DNA of 64,000 nucleotides, from positions 62,001 to 126,000 of the forward strand of contig JAPEUI010000006.1 of assembly GCA_026025075.1 (NCBI GenBank), given 5' to 3'. The translations under genes were made by a program, and so were the position numbers. The stretch is from Vezdaea acicularis. Its lineage: Eukaryota. Below, in pieces: positions 1 to 11,846 of the stretch. The notes beneath the pieces were generated by a model. It was not told the DNA's origin, made no database searches, and saw only the letters and a program-made list of their open reading frames with translations. The stretch's first letter is position 1; each line of letters begins with the position of its first letter.

Positions 1-407
1 TAAGTGGTATGCCACATACCATCGTCATATGACGCTGGCGTTGATAGTTGAGGGGGTGAGGTACTTGGGGGCGTAGGTGGTGGGGTAATCAAAGACGTCC
101 TTTCGGACTGAAAAACGCTCGGTGAAGCTGTAACTAGAACCGTTGTGATGGATTCCGACTCGCTAGGAAGGACAGTAGATATGATTGTCTTCGTTAGAGG
201 TGCTGATGCACTTTCGACGATTGTGCGTATTTCTGTCTTCGTTGCGGCTTCAGATGTACTAGACTGGCCTCCATCCACAGGAACGACTGAGTAAGACACG
301 CCTCTGCGCAACATATCGGTAGGATTATTTATGGAGGCAAATGGACGAGCACCAGCCGGAAGTGGTGAAGAAACCGCGACAAGCATAGACAAGATAAAGA
401 GACGCAT
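1..407 (-). CDS. Secreted Ser/Thr/Pro-rich fungal hypothetical protein (3' end runs off the window)
   Basis: Manually translated ORF from ATG at 407, open to base 1: MRLFILSMLVAVSSPLPAGA (signal-peptide-like)...YSVVPVDGG...S/T/P-rich...YDDGMWHTT. Missing from the ORF track because it is truncated. Confidence 0.7.
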   Translation of the reverse strand, partial: MRLFILSMLVAVSSPLPAGARPFASINNPTDMLRRGVSYSVVPVDGGQSSTSEAATKTEIRTIVESASAPLTKTIISTVLPSESESITTVLVTASPSVFQSERTSLITPPPTPPSTSPPQLSTPASYDDGMWHTT

Positions 408-1872
408 GATCGCAACCCTGTTATGCTTGCTGCTGAATTAGTCCTTAAACATAGATTTATCGTTGGCTCCAAGCTTGAGCAATGTTAGGTTACAGAGAAA
501 CAAGGTCAACAGCAGGCTTGCGACTGAGCAATGCCCTTTGAATCAACAGAAACTCAGATTGTTGAAAGAGATGAGAAAAGAAAGTTTACAACGATGGAAA
601 CTTTCAAGCGAGGAAAAGGCCATTCCAAACTTCTATGGAATTGTAGATGGCTGGAAGTCGATGGATGCGTGCTGTCGTGGTTGCGATTGGGGGCAACAAA
701 GTTGGGAGGCTGGTGATGCCTCTCCTCGGTTCATGAGGGTGGCTGGCGAAATTTACCGGGCATGGCAACGGGCAAACGGCCAAAGCTTGGCGAGCAGAGG
801 TAGCCATGCACGTGCCATATTGCTTACAAATGCCGCCTCAGGGACAACGTAACTTCTGCACTGTCGATTATTGGCCTCACCTTTGCATCATATTGAACGA
901 CCGCCGAATTCTTTCGCATAGGGCACTCATATCTGAATATGGCTTGGAGGCCTCTTGTTCCAAATAAGTTCGAGCTCGCACTCCAAAGCTATCATGACTA
1001 TCGGGTTCAAACGGGAGTAGAGTCCGCCAATTGTCACAATGAAATACCCGCTTCACCCAGGAAAGCCTTTTCAGTATCAATAAATTGGATGCGTGAACTC
1101 ATCCCGTACCCAGTTTTCCGTTCATTCGTATCTTCATGTCTTCTTACTGCGTTACAGTCTCCTTTGCCTCTTGACGTGACAGCAGACTTAATCCATTCCT
1201 CCGTGAAAATCCCACGTAGACAATCATTATAGTGATGTCGCTTGGCACGCTCAAATCCTCTCATTATTCTTTACAGAGCTTGTTTCTTCCAGATATCGGT
1301 GGTTTGATCGCAAATGCTTCATTCAAGGTCCAACTAAAGTGTCGTTACCCGCCTGTTGCCCTATGCCTTAGGGCTTTGACCCTTCCTCGCGTTACGCGAG
1401 GCGAGTTACTTCGCGTATATTTTCGGGGACCTTCTTCTCCTTATGGATGCCATGTGGCTATTCTCCGATAAGGCCAAGCTCCAGTAATACCAATAGGGAA
1501 CAGACGCTTACCTTGGTCAAAGATAGTGTCTGTTCTCCAAAATAAGCTAAATCCATACACCAGCCAGCCAGCTAGTTCATTGATCGAATAAACTCTTCAT
1601 TCTAGAGTCCACTCCTAATGCTCTACTAACTAGGCGGAAGTTTTGAATGAGTCGTGCTGTATCTTGCACTAATCTGTAAGATTCATCCTTTGTCATCCCC
1701 CTTATTATTCCGGGCTTTTGAACGTATCACAGCCACATCGCTGCAGTCAAGTCGTTTTAAGACAGTTAATGATAACATGGGAAGCCAGGTTACATTTGGA
1801 TCTTCAAACTGCCCAAGGTAACATTTTCCTTAGTCGATCTTCAGAGCGTTACAATTACACAGGGCTCGAAGA

Positions 1873-3600
1873 ATGGCTGCTTCTAAGAAGCTGAACAAAG
1901 TATACAAAAAGCTCAGCACCACTCTTCATGACACCATCTATGAAGTTGCACATCCACGGGGTGAAAGGCGTATCCAGGAACAGATCCGATATGGTTACTC
2001 CCACCTTCGAAACAAAGGGCGTCACTGGCGCGGTCCTTATAACCAACCTGTTGGGGGGCCAGATCCAGAAGAAGATGGCGGAGCCGAGCTGACTGAAGGT
2101 TCGGTCTCTGAAGAGGATGCCAATGAAAAGCTTCATTACGAAGCTCAACAGAAAGAGAACACTGAAGAGAACACTGATAGTGACATTGAACCGGAAGAGG
2201 AGCGTCCCACATCTCACAAAGATCAATGGCTTCCACACGAAAACATTGTCGACGGCGACAATCAGCCAGGAGATGTGGACTTTGTCTCTAACTTCTCACA
2301 TAAAGTACAGGCCAATGTCAATAAATATGAACGAGAGCAGCTAAAATCTCAAGCCACTTCCTCGACCGATTCGTTGTATAGTTACGGTCCACTAGCGCCT
2401 GGTCAATTCCAATCAGAATACAACAATCAGCATGAACGCCAGAATATACATGCGAATAACAATGATCACTTTACATCTGAGGGGAATCAAGTGGCGAGTC
2501 AGGATGGTGTAGAAGTGCATTTGCTCCGAGTCCCCAAACCCAAGAACGATTCAGGAAGTTCTGCTCCAGCATCTAAAGAGAATACCATTGTTACAGATGA
2601 GAACTCGGAGAATGGGGGAGCTTTCCAATCAGATGTCGATTCGCTGTTTGGAGATAGCCAAGATTCCGATTTCAGTGATGTTGAGAGCAAAGCCTCGCCC
2701 GTTCAACACGGTCGCTCTGACCAGGTTTTCGACTTTGAGAAACTCCCGGTCGTGGTCCGCGCCTCAATCCTCAAATACCTTTTGGCATGTGGCACCGTCT
2801 ATATTTGCAATGACTATCCAGCAAATCTTCCTTTCCCAGCTCATCATCTTCCTGACCATAACAGTAAACGGCCTTTCCAGATTCGGTCGGGTTACGAGCC
2901 GGAAAAACGGATACAATATCAAAGTAAGATATGCTCTGACGTGAGAGTACGTCACGAAGGAATGTCTTACGTCGTTGGTGCTGTAGGTCCCCGTATCTAT
3001 CCAGAGATACTGCGTGTCAGCAAGGCACTGCACAAAGAAGGCGCCCCTATCTTGTATTCTGAAGGTCACTTTCATTTTGGATCTGTCGAGGCTATCCGCC
3101 CGTTTCTATACGAGCGAGGTAAACAGAATTGCCAATTGATTCAAAGCATCTCAATTCAGACGTTCAACGACGAAGAAACATTCAATCTGAATTATCATCA
3201 CGCTGATCTCGAGCCTTTCATCAGCGCATGCGACTACATTGTAAAAAATCTTCGACTCAAATCCCTCCGACTGGCTATGCACCCCCCTTTCTTGCATCCG
3301 TCTCGCGTTTTTCAGCACCATGTAGGAAAATACGGTGGTTACACATTCGAAGCTCCTTGGATCAAAGCTCTCATTCAAATCAAGAACCTGGAGGCCTTAA
3401 TTGTGAGATGGTATGATTATCCATCCGACGATGAGCAGAACGTCGTGTACTCCCACCGTCCAGTCCACTATCAACGGGATGAGAACTTGAGCGAAGGAAT
3501 CAGCGAAGATGTGCGACTTGAATTCTTAGCTGATGTCTTGGTTCCTTTCCTCAAGAAAAGAATGCTAAAGCGTGTCCCACGGAATCGGCTCCCTTTCTGA
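1873..3600 (+). CDS. Hypothetical protein with acidic disordered N-terminus and a C-terminal domain opening with an F-box-like motif
   Basis: 575-aa intronless ORF. FDFEKLPVVVRASILKYLL and ILRVSKALHKEGAPILYS resemble the common fungal 'FLxLPxEIRxxIY...LLRVCKQIHxEAxxILY' family. Confidence 0.7.
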   Translation: MAASKKLNKVYKKLSTTLHDTIYEVAHPRGERRIQEQIRYGYSHLRNKGRHWRGPYNQPVGGPDPEEDGGAELTEGSVSEEDANEKLHYEAQQKENTEENTDSDIEPEEERPTSHKDQWLPHENIVDGDNQPGDVDFVSNFSHKVQANVNKYEREQLKSQATSSTDSLYSYGPLAPGQFQSEYNNQHERQNIHANNNDHFTSEGNQVASQDGVEVHLLRVPKPKNDSGSSAPASKENTIVTDENSENGGAFQSDVDSLFGDSQDSDFSDVESKASPVQHGRSDQVFDFEKLPVVVRASILKYLLACGTVYICNDYPANLPFPAHHLPDHNSKRPFQIRSGYEPEKRIQYQSKICSDVRVRHEGMSYVVGAVGPRIYPEILRVSKALHKEGAPILYSEGHFHFGSVEAIRPFLYERGKQNCQLIQSISIQTFNDEETFNLNYHHADLEPFISACDYIVKNLRLKSLRLAMHPPFLHPSRVFQHHVGKYGGYTFEAPWIKALIQIKNLEALIVRWYDYPSDDEQNVVYSHRPVHYQRDENLSEGISEDVRLEFLADVLVPFLKKRMLKRVPRNRLPF

Positions 3601-4022
3601 TTGTCTTGGAATGGTAGCTTCGTCACGACATTTTCGATACGCTGGGGCATTTCCCACTGCGCCTGTACTTGAATGTTTCCAGTCGCTGCCTGAAGCATAC
3701 GCCTGTGTAAAAGGATTGGACAGCTACAGTGTGTGGTCTTTGTCTCGATACACCTCAGGGGCACTAGGCCTCTTTGTCCTTCTTTCTTTGTTTTTCAGAC
3801 GACGCAGATGAGTGTCCTGCATGCCATGCAGACAGCCGGCCCTCTCTATAAACACGCGTTCAATTACAGCTCGTACATTCTTCGCCTCGCCTCGGTACGT
3901 AACGCCAATAGGAGGCACTCTCTGTTTTCTGCCTAAAGACATTACATTTGAAGATATGATAGCATAGTACTTGCTGCGCTAGAATTTAATGCTTGAAATT
4001 TTCTCCTCAAAATTGTCAGTAT

Positions 4023-4797
<775 letters not shown>

Positions 4798-5097
4798 CTT
4801 GATACACAAATCCACGCTCTAAATCAATGTTCCAATGAGAAGAGAAGTGGAGTATATCAAAGGAGCGTGATGCGACAGTATTGCTCGCGACAATTCAAGG
4901 ACGCTTGATGAAGTCGATGAGTTTGATGAATCTGTCCTCTGAAATAGGATAATTTGATGGGCGAGCTACCCATGTCGGAAAGGGGTAGCCACTGTGGCTG
5001 GTGCCTCGAAACTTTCGCTAAATGCGTCATCTCCGCAAATACTCGACGATGCTGGCCGACTATACGCAACCCCTCCAAACCCCACAATCTCGATTTG

Positions 5098-5783
5098 ATG
5101 GACTTCTCACCCTATCAGTCCGACGCCCCTTCTGACACACGGCCCCTTTCTCCACCACCTCGTCCTTTCTCGCCGACTTCTGCATCACACAAACCTACAT
5201 CTCCACCCTTGTCACCACCTCTACGACCGCACCATGGCGCGACTCAAGGCTTTGGCAACACCAGGGGTGGAAGCTCATACCTCCCTATCAATGGGGATGA
5301 AAACGCCTCTTCAGGCATGCCTACATTAAACACAGAGCTGTATTCAACATCACTAGGGTTGCCGATAAAGGTGGAGGCGGTGTTGGCGTATCTGGTACTC
5401 CCACCCGCGGGTGGGGTGGTGCTCTTAATCCTAGAGTGGGGGAGCGATTACGTGCGGTAGGTGTCATCCATTCTGCTTTGTGATAGCCGTAGCTAATTGT
5501 AGCTTGGGACAGGTTTCACGCATGGCAATCTGCGCTTGTCTTCGCGGCTATGTTCTTGCTACATTTAGTGTTTGTGTGGAGTGCTTTTCTGAGCTACTCA
5601 TTGCTTGTAGTGAATGTCGGGTTGGTCGGTGTTTGTTCCTATCGGGCGTGGATTGATGGTTTGTGGCTGATTCCTTCTTGATCCCTGTCGGTATCGCTGA
5701 CAGCCTCTACAGCCGAGTCGTTGGAGCGATTTGAACTGCCTTTCTTTGGACAATTGGCGGGGAGATGGGTTGATGAAGAGTAG
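5098..5783 (+). CDS. Small fungal membrane protein (UPF0132-like)
   Basis: MDFSPYQ...LAYLVLPPAGGVVLLILEWGSDYVR | FHAWQSALVF... | ...LERFELPFFGQLAGRWVDEE*. Two GT-AG introns (5457-5512 and about 5659-5703/5712). Confidence 0.8.
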
Positions 5784-6222
5784 GGAAAACATATCCGAAT
5801 ATTAATTGTTGGGACTCGAGGCGGAGAGCCCATCCGATGGTACAAACAGCTCATCGAAGCGGTCCTTTCCTGAGGTGTTCTGTGACAGAACTTAGTGGGA
5901 TCCTCGGGCAATTCACAGATAAATACAAGGTTTCCTTCGATATTATAACCCGATAAAGCTTCATGAAGGTTGACGAGCGATCGCAGGATGCTCTAGCATC
6001 ACCATGCGGGGACTTGACGGTAGTCATGACTCACTCCAAACGGACATGTGAGCTGATTCAATTGCTATATACAGTGAGATCTACACTCATGTCTCCATAG
6101 ACCATCAAATGTTCATTCCTCGGCAGAGCGAATTGATGAGCTTTTGTCGTAACGGATATCTTGCATGTTCATTTGCAAATGAGTAGACCTCCCAAACGCC
6201 AGGTCATGGGAAGAGGATTATG

Positions 6223-8556
6223 TCATTTTTCGCTCATGTTAGACATATCGAGATTGTTATCTTTGAATCTCTTCCGCATCAGTGCCTTCCTGGCTTGATC
6301 CGTATCTAAACATCCTTTATTATCATTCCCTCGTCAGAATCCACTTGAGAGACTTACCCCTATTATATATCAAAAACTCATGCAAAGCTTTGCCAGCTGG
6401 AACCATTGGCAAGACCGGAACCTTCTTGTCCGTTACAACCTCCAGTAGTGCCGGCCCTTCGCTGTTAATAAGCCAGTCCAGGCTCGCCGTTACATCTTCA
6501 GGTGCTGCACACCGACGCGCTTGTACATCCATGGCCTCGGCGAGTTTAACAAAGTTGGGGTTCTTTTGATGAGTATGCGCATAGCGATCTTCATAGAAAA
6601 GGTTCTGCCATTGCGTAACCATGCCCTGCTCTTCGTTGTTCATGACAATTATTTTCACCCCAATGTTGAACTGCGCAGCAGTAGAAAGCTCTGTTAATGT
6701 CATATTGAAACTTGCATCCCCATCGATATCAATCACCAGGGCATCAGGTCTCGCAACTTTGGCGCCAATAGCTGCTGGGAGACCGTATCCCATAGTTCCA
6801 AGGCCGCCAGATGTCACCATAGTGCGAGGATGCCGCCATCGAAAATGTTGTGCTGCCCACATTTGATGCTGCCCAACGCCGGTAGTGATCACGGTGTCTT
6901 TCTTCAAGGAGGCCGTCATATCGGAAAGCTCTTCGATCAGAGCTTGCGGCTTGATGAGCCCATCTGACGTGCCTATCTCGTAGGCAAAGGGGAATCGCTC
7001 TTTCCAGTCCTTGATCTGGTCAAACCATTCCGTACGGTCAGGTATTGCGGCCACGTGGGGGAGCAAGAGCGCAAGATTCGTCGCCACGTCTCCCTCCACA
7101 GCCTCGGTCGCTTGCACAACTTTGTTGATGTTTTTCGGCATGATTTCAAAATGCACAATTCCACCCCGGTTTTCCTGGGCAGCCAAGCGAGCCTGTGGCG
7201 CGAATTTGACAATGTTTCCCGTCACACGATCGTCAAATCGAGCCCCAAGAGCAATGATGAGGTCCGCTTCTTGCATAGCCATGTTAGCATATGCGGAACC
7301 ATGCATGCCAAGCATATGAAGCGATTTCGGATCGAGTTCATCAAATGCGCCTAGCCCTTGAAGGGTAGTAGTCACGGGTATGGAGGCCTTTTCAGCTAAT
7401 TCCTTGAGGAGCTGGGGTCCCTCAGGGGTAGCAATCATGCCTTGGCCAACGTACAGAATTGGTTTCTTGGAGAGGCCAATTAGGTTGGCGACACGTTTGA
7501 TAGCAGCTTCCAGCTGGCGCCTGCTATGCTCTCGTGCGGCAAGAGTTGCGGCACTAGGATGCGCGGGAAGTGTACTTGCCATTGGAATCGATTTTCGCAG
7601 AATAGCTGCCGTAACATCTTTTGGTAAGTCGACCAGAACGGGACCCGGCCGGCCACTAGTAGCAATCTCAAACGCCTCCTTGATCCTAACAGGGAGCTCT
7701 GCAACGTTCTTCACCATTACGTTCCATTTTGTGCAAGCCCGCGATATGCCAATGACATCCGCCTCCTGAAAGGCATCAGTACCAATGGCACTTGTTGGAA
7801 CCTGGCCGCAAAAGACAACCAGTGGCGTCCCATCGGAAAGCGCATCCTGCATGGGTGTTACGACATTCGTTGCTCCTGGACCTGAAGTGACTAATACCAC
7901 TCCAGGTTGGCCGGATGCCCTTGCGTAGCCCTCTGCCATGTGTCCAGCACCTTGTTCATGTCGCGGTAGAATGAAGTCGAAGTGCTTTGAATTATAAATG
8001 GCATCAAAAACTGGAAGGATGGCTCCTCCTGGATAGCCAACTGAAAGGCTGAAGTCAGCGGCACAGCTTTTTGGCAAAGCAGCCTACGAACGAACTCAGC
8101 ACTTACAAATATGCTTGACACCCTGACGTAGCATCATCTCATGAAATATCTCCCCCCCAGTGAGTCCAACGAACGACTCGTCCATCTCAGGCGTTCGCAC
8201 ATTCTGCAGAGGCGATGGGTCATTCCTCCTATATGAAAGCTGATTGAAGGCTGGACTTGGAATAGGCCTGGTTTGTCTGTTGAGTTGCTCGCCCGTCAGC
8301 CAATTTGTGGATGAGTCACAAACATTGAAGTGTGCGGAAATCGGAGAACCTACGTTGCTGTTGCTGTGGCAGTGGTGCTACTTGCTCTTCTTGATGGATG
8401 TTTTGAGCCTGTGTGTCTTGATGCCTCTGCTTTCTGGTATGGAGATATCGTAGCTTTGGCAAGGGAGGTGGAGAAGAGTTGTGCGGGGGGTATGGCGATA
8501 GAGCATCTTGGATTTATTGTGCGCAGAATATGCTGCGTTGTCTGTAACCTGATCAT
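6223..8556 (-). CDS. ILV2: Acetolactate synthase catalytic subunit, mitochondrial
   Basis: Mitochondrial presequence exon (8556-8354), then MDESFVGLTGGEIFHEMM, GYPGGAILPVFD, HEQGAGHMAEGYARASG, TSGPGATN, TPP motif GDASFNMT...NN. Short last exon ending NMSEK* at 6223. Confidence 0.97.
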
Positions 8557-8737
8557 GTCGGAGGCAGGGGCGATGGCCTCTCTATATTAGGGTCAAATGA
8601 GGAAGAGTAAACAATTGTAAATCTTTGCTTTTGTTCACGTCCGGTCAAGCGTACGATGGAGGGGTATTATGGAACGTTGCCCTCGGGCTGTGAGCGACCG
8701 GGACAGGATAAAAAAGAGTCCGGCACTACGGCGTCTT

Positions 8738-8747
8738 CCGAGATCGG
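8738..8747. promoter_or_regulatory. Candidate Leu3/LeuB binding site (CCG-N4-CGG)
   Basis: CCGAGATCGG about 180 bp upstream of the ILV2 start codon; matches the everted CGG repeat bound by Leu3/LeuB. Confidence 0.45.
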
Positions 8748-9335
8748 CGTCAACTTTGCTGAACTCGGGAATTTGAATGTCGGAGCAATGCTCTACTGAA
8801 GCTACATGAATGTTGCGTCTCTTTCAATGAAGTAATTGTGAAAGATCGTAACATGTAGATAGACTGTCAACCCAGGTCGCACTGGTTTCCTTACCAAAGC
8901 AAGTCATGAAGTAGTCGTGAGTACCTCGGCAAAATCAAAGAATGAACCTCAATATCGTGGTCTATCACAAGCTTACAATTGGCACTCTTTGAACACGGGG
9001 AATGTCAAAGTAAATCGACAGGTCTTTAATACGGACTAATAAATTGTAATTACCAATGCCCAGTCACCGTTGATTGGTTGAAACCTTACCATATGAAGTA
9101 CCTCGGAGACAGATACTCTTCTTGACGGGGAAGCGACTTGCTAAAAGAAAAGATTAGGCGAAGGGTATTTCCTCCGCATACGTCACTTGTAAAGATACCT
9201 AGCTTATTTCATAACTCTCAACCTATTCCATCCACTGGGAGCTAGGATGGTCAATCTTTCGCGCCAATGACATACGAAATCCGCGGCTTTCAAATTGCCA
9301 TCTTGTTCTCCATACTTCTCTAATCTGCCCATAGC

Positions 9336-10984
9336 ATGGCCGACATCGTGCCAACAGCGAGCTCTTTGAGTGATATATACCCTCAAGACGTAATTGGAAC
9401 ACAGCAGCAAAGATGGAACGACTTGATAGGGCGGTTCGTGGCTATCTATGGCCAGGAACCGGGTTTCATCTCCAGGAGTCCTGGCCGGGTCAACATAATC
9501 GGTGAAGTATTCCTCGCAGTAGTCCCTCCACCATGACAAGGAATACTGACAGGTAATCTAGCATATCGATTACTCGCTCTATGAAGTAATGCCAATGGCA
9601 ATAAATGCAGACGTTCTTCTGGCTGTTCGAGTAGTCCCTGATTCTCAGGCCATCTCCATTGCAAACGTCGATTCCTCGAGATTCCCCTCACGCGAATTCT
9701 TGCTCCCGAAACAAGGGCAGGAGCTCGAGATCGATGCTTCTTCTCACGAATGGTCAAACTACTTCAAGGCTGGACTACGTGGGGTGCTCGAAACCACGAA
9801 GCGGAAGATGGCTGTAGGCATGCAAATCCTGGCCGATGGAACGGTCCCCAGTGGGGCTGGCTTATCGAGCAGTGCCGCCTTTGTGTGTGCTAGCGCGTTG
9901 GCCGTCATGAAAGCAAATGGGGTGGTTGCTGTTGATAAAAAGGAGTTGGTAGAGCTCGCAATTGTCTCTGAGAGATCTGTTGGGGTACACTCGGGCGGGT
10001 ATGATATCTTCCCTCATCCGTTCAGTGCAACAACTCACGGTCTTCAGCATGGACCAATCTGCCTCTGTACTAGCTTCCCGTGATAGCGCTCTTTATGTCA
10101 AGTTCAAGCCTTCCCTCGAGGCAAGACCAGTGTCCTTTCCAGCCATGACCCCCGCGACAACGTTCGTCATTGCACAGACCTTCGTCGCGGCAGATAAACA
10201 TGTCACTGCACCCGAATGTTACAATCTCCGTGTCATGGAATGTACTCTTGCGGCTGCTGTACTAGCAAAGAAGCTGGGGCTTATTCGACCTCTTCCAAAA
10301 GACCCAAGCCCTTTAGGTATGAGTCTCAGGGGTTTGCATGACACTTATTTTGAAGAAACGCAAGGAATAACCAGCAATGATCATACGGAAATTCCTAAAT
10401 TCAAGGAGCAGCTGCAGGCTCTAGTCGAATTAGTTAAAGCAAACCTTCATGGAGACGGTTACACGCGTGAGGACCTCTGCTCTGCTCTTGGGATCTCCCT
10501 TGAGCAGCTTAACTCGCAGTTCTTATCCCGCATTCCTATACGCGCCGAACGATTTCTTCTTCGCCAGCGAGCACAACACGTTTTTACGGAAGCTTTACGT
10601 GTTCTTCAATTTCAAGACTTGCTCTCTCACCCACCAGCGTCGTCTAAGGAACTTCCCAAATTGCTAGGAGCAATCATGAACGACTGCCAGACATCTTGTC
10701 ATGAGCTGTACGCTAATAGCTGTGCTGAACTCGATGAGCTCTGTGAGCTAGCACGGACGGCAGGAAGCCTTGGGAGCAGATTGACCGGTGCCGGTTGGGG
10801 AGGCTGCACTGTCCACCTCGTGCCAACAGAAAAGGTGGACAAGCTCAAGGAAGCATGGAAGGACGGGTATTACCTAAAGAAGTTCCCTGATATCACGAAA
10901 GAGAAGCTAGGAGAGGCCATTGTGGTGAGCGAGCCAGGGAGTGGAAGCAGTGTCTATTTCGTCCAAGACCACGGTCTTGCTTAG
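9336..10984 (+). CDS. GAL1: Galactokinase (GHMP kinase)
   Basis: SPGRVNIIGE|HIDY (intron 9507-9561), GHMP motif PSGAGLSSSAA, SGG|MDQ (intron 9999-10047), SRLTGAGWGGC. Confidence 0.96.
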
Positions 10985-10993
10985 TTAGAGATA

Positions 10994-11119
10994 GTAGAAA
11001 CTTGCTCATCTCGAATTTGATCTTTCCCTTCACGCTTCCTACCTCATGTGTTATATGGTAGAAACTTGCTCATCTCGAATTTGACGTTTTCCTTCATACT
11101 TCCTACCTCATGTGTTATA
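10994..11119. repeat. 64-bp tandem duplication (2 copies) immediately after the GAL1 stop codon
   Basis: GTAGAAACTTGCTCATCTCGAATTTGA...CTTCCTACCTCATGTGTTATA begins at both 10994 and 11058. Confidence 0.9.
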
Positions 11120-11246
11120 CGGCAGGCTCTAGATAACATTCGGCCCTTCCCATTCCTCGTCGGTTTATCCTAACAGAGAACCAAGAGCCACTCGACGGAG
11201 CGCGATTCATCCGCTGTCCTAGGGGTTCCTTTCTTTTTCATTAATC

Positions 11247-11630
11247 GGCAGCCTCCAGATAACCTCGGGTTTGGTGTTTCCGCGAGCCTGACCAGATAAG
11301 AAGACGACGAACCTACTCACCAGAGCAGGTTTCGTCCGTTCTTGTCGCGATCCCTTCTCGACTCCCTCTCCTTTCGTTATTTGGCAGCCTCCAGATGACC
11401 TCGGGCTTGGTGTTTCCCCGATCCTAGCCAGATGGAGAGACGACAAACCTGCTCTAGTGAGCAGGTTTCGTCCGTTCTTATCGCGATTCCTTCTCTACTC
11501 CCTCTCCTGTCGTTATCTGGCAGCCTCCAGATGACCTCGGACTCGCTGTTTCCGCGAGCCTGGCTGGTTAAGGAGAGGACAAACCTGCTTGTTAGAGCAT
11601 GTTTTCGTCCACTTTCGTCGCTATTCCCTC
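11247..11630. repeat. 136-bp tandem repeat array (3 clear copies, degenerate flanking copies) with internal palindrome
   Basis: GGCAGCCTCCAGAT(A/G)ACCTCGG begins at 11247, 11383 and 11519. Each unit carries an AAACCTGCTC-N4-GAGCAGGTTT-like inverted repeat. Degenerate unit starts near 11121 and 11645. Confidence 0.9.
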
Positions 11631-11683
11631 CCCCCAAGTTTTCTGGGGGCTCCGGTAATCTCTGACTTGGGTCCCAGCTTGAC

Positions 11684-11691
11684 TATATAAA
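11684..11691 (+). promoter_or_regulatory. TATA box of the orphan gene at 11847
   Basis: TATATAAA followed by a CT-rich tract and a CATCA-rich leader typical of fungal 5' UTRs, about 160 bp before the ATG. Confidence 0.6.
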
Positions 11692-11846
11692 GGTGACGCC
11701 CCGCCCCCAGAATCTTCTTTCTCCACCACTGCAATAATAACATCTCATTACTGCATCATCAACACCATCATCTACACCATCATCACCTTTACCCTCTTAC
11801 CTATTATATTTGGAATTATCCATTATATTAGGATATCTTTCGGACT

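Noticed and set aside
460..1560. Short ORFs and a GTAAG donor-like site suggesting a gene or pseudogene
   Set aside because: Trial splicing gave only about 37 codons; all frames have many stops and no recognisable motifs.
6323..8040. Herbicide-resistance substitutions in ILV2
   Set aside because: The QVPTSAIGTDAFQE Pro and MVTQWQ Trp positions look wild type.
9336..10984. GAL gene cluster
   Set aside because: No GAL7 or GAL10 homolog is nearby; a stand-alone galactokinase is normal in filamentous ascomycetes.
11247..11630. 136-bp array as a CRISPR array or hammerhead ribozyme array
   Set aside because: The whole unit is repeated with no unique spacers, there are no cas genes and the genome is eukaryotic. 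CAGATGA and GAAAC occur on opposite strands, so no complete CUGANGA...GAAA hammerhead core is present.
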